A stretch of DNA of 64,000 nt from contig CAWCPV010000005.1 of NCBI GenBank assembly GCA_963797555.1, positions 224,001 through 288,000 of the forward strand, in the 5' to 3' direction. Under the pieces are notes generated by a model. It was given only the letters and a program-made list of their open reading frames with translations, was not told where the DNA came from and searched no databases. A program made the translations under genes and the position numbers. Source of the stretch: an uncultured Gammaproteobacteria bacterium. GTDB lineage: Bacteria; Pseudomonadota; Gammaproteobacteria; CAWCPV01. The stretch's first letter is position 1; the number at the start of each line of letters is the position of its first letter. Positions 56,805 through 64,000 of this stretch are shown here, in pieces.

Positions 56805-59800
56805 TCAGTCCAGCTCGCGCGCCGGGCAGCGCTTCCCACGATCGTCATCGCTGACGACGACTGCCCGCTGTGGTTGCCAGTCGCCACGGGTGAGGAGCCG
56901 AGCCATATCATCGCTAGTCACGGGGGCGCTGAAATAGTAACCCTGAGCTGTATCGCATTGCCAATCGCGTAGCAGTGCGAGCTGTTCCGCGGTCTCCACA
57001 CCCTCGGCGACCACCTCGAGTCTCAAGGTGTGCGCCATCGCGATGACCGCCCGTGCGATCGCCGCGTCCTCCGGATCGCTTGTGATATTCGCGATAAAAG
57101 AGCGGTCGATCTTCACCACATCGACCGGAAAGCGCCTCAGGCAGCTCAACGAAGAGTATCCGGTACCGAAGTCATCGATCGCTATCCGCACCCCTAACGC
57201 CTTCAGCTCATCCAAGACGGCGATCGCCCCCTCAGTATTCTGCATCAACTGGCTCTCCGTCAGCTCCAGCTCCAGACGCGACGGGTCCAGACCGGTATCC
57301 TCGAGCACCTGCTTTACCCAGGCCACCAGGCTCCGTTGCCTGAGCTGGCGCGCCGAAAGGTTGACGGCCAGCACCAGCGCCCTCATCCCCGCGGCGCGCC
57401 ATGCGGCGCTTTTTTCGCAAGCCTCACGCAGTACCCACTTGCTAATGGGGGTGATGAGGCCGGTATCCTCGGCGAGAGGGATGAACTCGGCGGGCGCAAT
57501 CCATCCGCGCTCGGCATGGTGCCAGCGCAGCAGTGCCTCGACCTTGGTAGGCACGTCATGCGCGATGCTCACGAGCGGTTGGTAGCGCAGCTCCAGCTCG
57601 CGGTGTTCCAGTGCTTTGCGCAGGTTCGCATCCAGCCACAGACGGTCACGCGAGTAAGCGTCCATTTTTGCGCTGTAGAACTCATAGCGGGCCCTGCCGT
57701 GGTCCTTGGCGCGGTACATCGCCGTGTCGGCATTCTTGAGCAGCACCGGCGCGGCGTCTGCATCCTCCGGGAAGACGCTGATCCCGATGCTGACGCTAGC
57801 GTAAATCTCATGCCCTTCCACGTCGTACGGGCGTGACAAGTCGCGCACGACCTTTTGCGCGACCACCGCCGTATCCAGACCCTGCTCTATCTGCTCGAGG
57901 ATCACGGTAAATTCGTCACCACCCAGCCTTGCCACCGTGTCGCTCTCGCGAACGGACGCAACAAGCCGCGCGGCGACCTGCTTCAGCAGGCGGTCGCCCA
58001 GGTCGTGCCCGAGTGTATCGTTGATTAACTTGAAACGGTCGAGGTCGAGAAACATCAGCGCCACCCGCGACCCGGAGCGGGCCGCTTGCAGTAGCACATG
58101 CTGCAGACGCTCGCGAAACAGCACCCGGTTGGGCAGGCCCGTCAGCGTGTCCCTGTATGCGAGCTGGTAAAGGTGCTCTTCCGCCTGCTTGAGCCGCGTG
58201 ATGTCGGAGAAGACCACCACGTAATTGCTGATGGCGCGGGCATCGTCCCTCACCGCGTTGGCCCCCAGCCAAACCGCGTAGGACTCGCCATCCTTGCGCC
58301 GCCCCCAGATCTCGCCCTGCCATTGGCCCGCGATCCTGAGCGATCTCCACATCTGCCTGTAAAAGGCCCGGCTGCGCCGATCCGAGACGAGTATGCCAGG
58401 CGATTTCAGCAGCACTTCGTCCTGGGAGTAGCCCGTGATGCCCGTGAATGCCCGGTTGACCGCCACGATCCGTCCACGGGCATCGAGCAGCAGGATGGCC
58501 TCGTTGGTATTCTCGAACACGGCGGCGAGTAGCAGCCGCTCCTCCGCCTGCTTGCGCTGAGTGATGTTGAGATGAGCGATGACAGCACCGCCGCGCGCGC
58601 TCTTGAGAGGACTCACCGATGCCATGAACCACTGCGGGTCGGCGTGTCCCGGCCGTGGATATTCGACGGTAAGCTCGGTACCCGCCCCGTGCAGCACCGC
58701 CTCGACGGCGTCCAGCGCCTGCTTCGCCGTCCTGTCCCGGACCGCGGCGCGCCGGCATACAGACAGGTAATCCGTTCCCACCCGGACTCTGTGCAACAGC
58801 GGGTCTTCGTCCCTATCCGCACAGCGTTGCCAGGCATCGTTGACGCGGATGACCGCACCGGCCCGGTCGAGCACAGCGATGCTCGCCGGCAGCGAGTCGA
58901 TGGCCGCCTGAACCAAGGCTTCCCGATCCTGGAGTGCAGCCTCGGTATGAGTGCGGTCGGTGATGTCCTGGGCGAGCGAGGCCACGCCGATCATCTCACC
59001 CTGATCATCCACCAGGCGCGTGTTGTACCACTCGCAGACGATCCTTCTCCCCTCCTTGGTGACATTGTGAGTCACATGACGCGTTGTATCGCGGCCGGAG
59101 AGAACGTCGTCCCACGGCGCACCCGGGCTTTCCCGCGTGTCTTCGGGGACAATGAGATCTACAGCGCGCCGCCCACGCGCCTCGCTGGCCGGGTAGCCGA
59201 AGATGCGCTCGGCGGCCGGATTCCACGCCACCACCTGGAAATCGAGGTCCCACTCGATGACGGCAAAGGGCGTCTTCTGCACGTGCAACACGAGCCTCTG
59301 CTCCGAGCGGCGCACCGCCTCCTCGGCGCGCTGGCGTTCTATCCCCTCCGCCGCGAGATCTCGGTTAATGACCTCCTGCCGCTCCTTGGCCCGCGCGAGG
59401 TCGGTCAGCAAGTCCACGTTCTCGAAACGGAGATCGAGCGACTCGCGCACGGTGAGGTAGAGTCGGTGCGAGATCGCCAGCATCAAGGCAGCGAACAGGA
59501 CCAGCATCAGCCCCATGGTGGTATAGAGGGCACCCCCTTGGGTGAGAACCCGTGCCGTATAGGGAAACAGGGCGAGCAGCAGGAAGGCTGGGTAAGTGCC
59601 GGGGTACGACGATAGCGTGGACAGACCGCCCGCGGACATGCCGGCGAGGAGGAATGCCAGGAATGCCTGGTGGGCATAGCTTTGCCCGGTGAAGAAAAGG
59701 GCGCCGGCCGCGCCCCAGGTGAGCCCGGAGAGGCCCGCGCCGAGCACGAACCAGGCCCCCCAGCGGGTCGCCTCGGACGGCGCGGGCTGTGCCCGGTAGT

Positions 59801-60056
59801 AAGCTCGCATCAGGCGGTAACGCGCGAGGGTAAGGAGCAGCATGAGCGCTAGCCAGGCGAGCAGCGGGGCCCGCGGAATCTGGCCCCACATCACCGCGAC
59901 GAGGATGACGGCATTGATGGAGTTGGCGCTGAGGGCAAACGGGACTTGGCGCAGCAGCAGCCGGATCTGCTCGGCGCGAATCACCTCGTCGTGACCACGC
60001 GAGCGCTGGTCGGGCGTCGCGCCCAACCGATGCACTTCGTCGGCGGAGGAGGACAC
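56805..60056 (-). CDS. Membrane-bound PAS-GGDEF-EAL diguanylate cyclase/phosphodiesterase
   Basis: N-terminal multi-TM region, three PAS domains, RESD..RLGGDEF, EALLRW, DDFGTGYSSL, QGYYFS. Confidence 0.95.
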   Translation of the reverse strand: MSSSADEVHRLGATPDQRSRGHDEVIRAEQIRLLLRQVPFALSANSINAVILVAVMWGQIPRAPLLAWLALMLLLTLARYRLMRAYYRAQPAPSEATRWGAWFVLGAGLSGLTWGAAGALFFTGQSYAHQAFLAFLLAGMSAGGLSTLSSYPGTYPAFLLLALFPYTARVLTQGGALYTTMGLMLVLFAALMLAISHRLYLTVRESLDLRFENVDLLTDLARAKERQEVINRDLAAEGIERQRAEEAVRRSEQRLVLHVQKTPFAVIEWDLDFQVVAWNPAAERIFGYPASEARGRRAVDLIVPEDTRESPGAPWDDVLSGRDTTRHVTHNVTKEGRRIVCEWYNTRLVDDQGEMIGVASLAQDITDRTHTEAALQDREALVQAAIDSLPASIAVLDRAGAVIRVNDAWQRCADRDEDPLLHRVRVGTDYLSVCRRAAVRDRTAKQALDAVEAVLHGAGTELTVEYPRPGHADPQWFMASVSPLKSARGGAVIAHLNITQRKQAEERLLLAAVFENTNEAILLLDARGRIVAVNRAFTGITGYSQDEVLLKSPGILVSDRRSRAFYRQMWRSLRIAGQWQGEIWGRRKDGESYAVWLGANAVRDDARAISNYVVVFSDITRLKQAEEHLYQLAYRDTLTGLPNRVLFRERLQHVLLQAARSGSRVALMFLDLDRFKLINDTLGHDLGDRLLKQVAARLVASVRESDTVARLGGDEFTVILEQIEQGLDTAVVAQKVVRDLSRPYDVEGHEIYASVSIGISVFPEDADAAPVLLKNADTAMYRAKDHGRARYEFYSAKMDAYSRDRLWLDANLRKALEHRELELRYQPLVSIAHDVPTKVEALLRWHHAERGWIAPAEFIPLAEDTGLITPISKWVLREACEKSAAWRAAGMRALVLAVNLSARQLRQRSLVAWVKQVLEDTGLDPSRLELELTESQLMQNTEGAIAVLDELKALGVRIAIDDFGTGYSSLSCLRRFPVDVVKIDRSFIANITSDPEDAAIARAVIAMAHTLRLEVVAEGVETAEQLALLRDWQCDTAQGYYFSAPVTSDDMARLLTRGDWQPQRAVVVSDDDRGKRCPARELD

Positions 60057-60140
60057 GGTCAGCCCCAGCCTTTTCTGAGGCGCAGGCTCATCCGGGCCTG
60101 AGGAGCCCCGAGCGCACCGGGCAGGAGAGACGGAGCGGAA

Positions 60141-60392
60141 CTAGTTTCCGTTGTAGTCATCCCACGGGGCGCCGATGACGGCCGTGTCGCCGGCAAGGGC
60201 CACCGAGTTGCCGAAGGTAGCGCCTGCGGCCCCGTTGCTGGCGAGGAGCTTGGCCACCTCGGTGGGCGTCAGCGCCCAGGCAGGAGCGGCGCTGCAAAAG
60301 AGCGCCAGCAGAAGAGCGCTCGCGGCACACTTCAGGGTCCGCACAGCGAACGATGTGACAGCGAAAAAATTGATAACGCACCTGGTTTTCAT
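60141..60392 (-). pseudogene. Truncated secreted FG-GAP repeat protein
   Basis: Signal peptide, then a single KLLASNG..FGNSVALAGDTAVIGAP repeat and a stop. Confidence 0.7.
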
Positions 60393-60807
60393 GGCAGGAT
60401 CTCCTCGGAGCTATCGTCGCCGTTACCCGCGGGCCGAACAGGTGTTTGAGGCGCGGGCCACAAGGCGTAAGATGAACTTGCGCACCATCAGTGACCGATC
60501 AAAAACAATTTACCAAAGCTCAGGTTACGGATAGGTAACAGGAAGGCTGATGATCGACGGGGCGCAGGCGCGCTGCGCCGGTGGGTAGGGGGGGACAAGG
60601 AGGTGGCGAGGGGCTCTGGGACAGTCGTACCAGACGGACCGCGGGTGACCGCCCTGCGCGGGGAGAGAAGCTGGATGGCGGACGAGTTGTCCGCCCGCGC
60701 AGGCATCTCCCTGCGCACGATGCGCCTGCATCGAGTCATCGCAGCCGGTGCATCGAACGGATCTGATTGCGGTCGAGACCGCTTTCCGAGTGGCGCCGCG
60801 TAGCCTC

Positions 60808-63800
60808 ATGGCTCGGAGCCCACGCCCACCCGCCACCGCTGTCAGCCCCAAGTGGGGCGCCCCCGAAATCCCCCGCATCTACGCCCGGGAGCGGCTGTTC
60901 GAGCAGCTCGATCATTTCAGCGCCTGTTCCTGCACCTGGGTTGTAGCCCCAGCGGGCTACGGCAAGACCTGCCTTGCAAGAGCCTACGTGGACAGGGCAG
61001 CGCTCCCGTGTCTCTGGTACACCCTGGAACGGGCGGACTCGGACGTGGCCACGCTCTTCTCCGACTTCAGCTCCGGTCTTGAGGTTGCCATCCCCGGCGC
61101 ACCGCTGCTGCAGTACTCCACCGACATCCAGGACATCGGCGCATTCTCCCGTGCCTACTTCAAACGGGTGTTCGCCCACCTCGACAGTCCCCACCTCCTC
61201 GTGCTCGATGACTACCACGAAGTTGCGCCCGACGCTCCGTTGCATGCCGTCATCTCAGCCGCCCTCGCGGCCATGCCCCGGAGCGCCCGGCTCATGGTCC
61301 TCAGCCGCGAGGGACCGCCCGCCGCGCTCGCCCGGGCGCAGATGTACGATGAGGTGGTGATAGTGGAGGCTGAAGACCTGCGGTTGACCCTCGCCGAGGC
61401 CTCGGCCATCGCCCGGCTGCGGCACCCTCAACATGAACTCAGCGAACAAAGCCTCCAAGCCCTCCATGAGCGAGCGGGCGGCTGGGCGGCAGGGTTTGTG
61501 CTTCTGCTTCGCCACCCCGCCCCCGCCCCCGCCGCTTCGCCACTGGACGCCGTGGAGCTGCTGTTCGAGTATTTCGCTCGGGAAGTCCTCGGCAGCACCG
61601 ACGAGGAGGTCCGGGACTTTCTGCTCCAGAGCGCCTGGCTGCCGAGTATGACCGCGGAGATGGCCCGACGCATGACGCGGCACCCGCAGGCCGAGGGGCT
61701 GCTGGCCTCGCTCGTGCACAGTAACTACTTCCTGTCGCGCACTGCCTCTCCGGACCCCCAGTACCGCTACCACCAGCTTTTCCGGGCGTTCCTGCTGCAT
61801 GAGGCCCACGCCAGATGGAGTCCTGCCGAGCAGGACGAGCGCCGGCGGCGCGCTGCGGCGATTCTGGAAGAGGCGGGTCAACTGGATGCCGCCGTCGGAT
61901 TGTGGCGCGACTTGGGGGACTGGGAGGCCCTCACGCGCTTGATCCGTCGCGCCGCCCCCTCGCTACTGAGGCAAGGCCGAACGCAAAGCCTGGAGGGATG
62001 GCTCGGCGGCATCCCGGAGGCGGTGATGGCCGAGCGGCCGCGGCTCCTGTACTGGTCCGGACGTGTCCGGCTGCACCTCGACCCGTTCGGAGCGCGCTCC
62101 CTCTTCGAGCGGGCTTACCTGAAGTTCAAGGAGGCCGACGAAGCGGAGGGGGCATTCCTCGGCTGGGCGGCCGTCTGCAAGACGTACTGGCTGGCCCTGG
62201 ATGATGCTCGCCCGCTCACGCGCTGGCTGGCGGAGCTGGACGCCATCTGCACCCGATGGCCGGGGTTTCCTTCCCCCGAGATCGAGGCCAGGGTCGCCTT
62301 CGGGGCCTTCTACGGGCTGATAGCCAATGATCCGCTGCACCCACAGCTCGGTGCTTGGGAGGGCCGGTTGTTGGAAGCGCTGCAGAGCGAACAGCCCCCG
62401 GACCTGCGGCTCACGATCGCCAACCTGCTGATGTTTCACTACGTCTTGGAACGTAGGTGACCGAGGCCGGGCGGGCCTGGTCGTTGGCATCCTGAGAGCG
62501 CTCGCCGGCGACGGCACCACCGCGCCCCTCAATGTAATCATCGCCCGCACCTGGGGAGATTTCTCCTACGAGTACTGCTTCGGCGGATCGCTCGGCCAAT
62601 GCCAGAAGATCCTGGAAGAGACACGGGCGATGGCGGACGAGCGTGGAGTCCACCTGTACGACTTCAGGTTGTGGACTGCGAGTGCTCTCGGGCATCTGAG
62701 CGCGGGACACCTCGTCGAGGCGCGCTCCTGTCTTGAGAAGCTCTTGGGCATGATCGATTGGGCGCGCTCGTTCGACAGCGGAAGCCTCTGCTTTGTCCGC
62801 GCGTGGGAAGCCTGGCTGGATGGCCGCTTCGCCGAAGCTCGGGAAGCTGCACTGAAGTCTCTTCCGTACGGCGAGCACTTCGGAGACCTGTTCCCGAACG
62901 CGAACAGCTGGCTTGCCTTATTCCAGATAGAGATGAGCCTGGGCAACCGCGCCCAGGCCTTGCGTTACCTGGCGGACACGCGGCACTGGCTACGGCGGGT
63001 GATGGGCAGGTACGCCGCGTTCGCAAGGGGACTTGCGCTCGCCCAGTTCGCCCTGGAAGCGGGAAACCCCGAGCGGTGTCGGCACCTTCTCCGTATCGTG
63101 CTTGCACTCGGACGCCAGGAGGGCTACGCCAACATACTATTCTTCAAGCCAGAGACACTGGCCCACCTGTGTGCCCAGGCCCTGGAGGCTGGCATCGAGG
63201 TGGACTACGCGCGCCGTCTGGTGTACCAGCGCTGCCTGAAGCTACCGCCCGGTGCTCCGTTGACCGAACGCTGGCCCTGGGCGGTCAAGGTCACTGCCCT
63301 GGGAGGTTTCGCGCTCTGCGTCGACGACGAGCCCGTGGAATGGTCGAGGAAGGCGCAGCGCAAGCCTATCGATCTGCTCAAGGCGCTCGTTGCCCAGGGC
63401 TGCCAAGGCGTGTCCGGCGAAAGGCTCGCCGATGAGCTATGGCCGGACGCCGAAGGCGACGCCGCCGCCAGCGCGCTGAAGATTACCTTGCATCGTCTGC
63501 GGAAGCTTCTTAGGCACGAGGAGACGGTGCAGGTACGCGACGGCAAGCTTTCCCTCAATCCCAGCCACTTTTGGGTTGACGTGTGGGCACTCGAACAGTC
63601 GCTCGAAGAACTCGATGGCGTTGCAGGCCGTCCCGCGCCAAATCAGACGCCAGTTCTGGAGAGGCTTGGTAAACGCATCCTGAGCCTCTATCGAGGCCGC
63701 TTCTTCGAGGGAAGCGATCTGCCGTGTGCGGCAAGACCCAGTGAGTCGCTGCATCGCAGATACCTTCGAGCTGTCGAGACGCTTGGGGTGAAGCTTGAGG

Positions 63801-64000
63801 CGACGGGGCTGACGGATAGGGCGAGGAGCTGCTATGAGCGTGGGCTGGAGATCGATCCGACAGCGGAAGGACTCTGCCAGAAGCTTATATTCTGTCACCT
63901 ACGCCTCGGAAACCGCAGCGAGGCCATCGGTGCTTACGAGCGGTGCAAGGACGCTCTTGCGCGGGACCGGCGAGTCGCCCCGTCGCCCAGTATGCAAAGG
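60808..64000 (+). CDS. MalT-like ATPase/TPR regulator with C-terminal BTAD-type domain; frameshift near 62447, runs off the window
   Basis: RERL, APAGYGKT, LVLDDYH, GWAAG, YRYHQLFR. The later frame has ALGGF, DELWPD, LHRLRKLL, VDVWA, LYRGRF. Confidence 0.85.

Overview
High-GC Gammaproteobacteria-like chromosome segment in two parts. (1) 369-43753 is a housekeeping backbone: mpl, ubiA/ubiC, ridA-spoT-rpoZ-gmk-yicC, rph-rdgB, trkA-ntrX-ntrY-rsmB-fmt-def, lysM-dprA-smg-topA-tsaC-hemF-hslR, mnmG-rsmG-parAB-atpIBEFHAGDC-glmU-glmS. It carries decay scars: a recG remnant that has lost its helicase core, a methyltransferase with its SAM motif deleted, a collapsed group II intron and an IS110 fragment. 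(2) 43754-64000 is an accessory region starting right after glmS. It holds a small integron cassette array with no integrase in the window (one clean attC, and a second attC interrupted by the 3' end of a group IIC-attC intron), a truncated IS903-group IS5, signalling genes, an NYN protein, an integrase/IS91-type remnant, a GGDEF-EAL protein and a MalT/BTAD-like regulator. The most notable signal is a TGA-duplicating palindromic miniature element whose length is a multiple of 3. One copy sits in-frame inside the recG remnant and a second copy sits on a stop codon; its peptide resembles Rickettsia RPE-1. Isolated single-base frameshifts in conserved genes are probably sequencing errors. I found no rRNA, tRNA or CRISPR array. 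All family assignments come from recognising motifs by eye, not from database searches.
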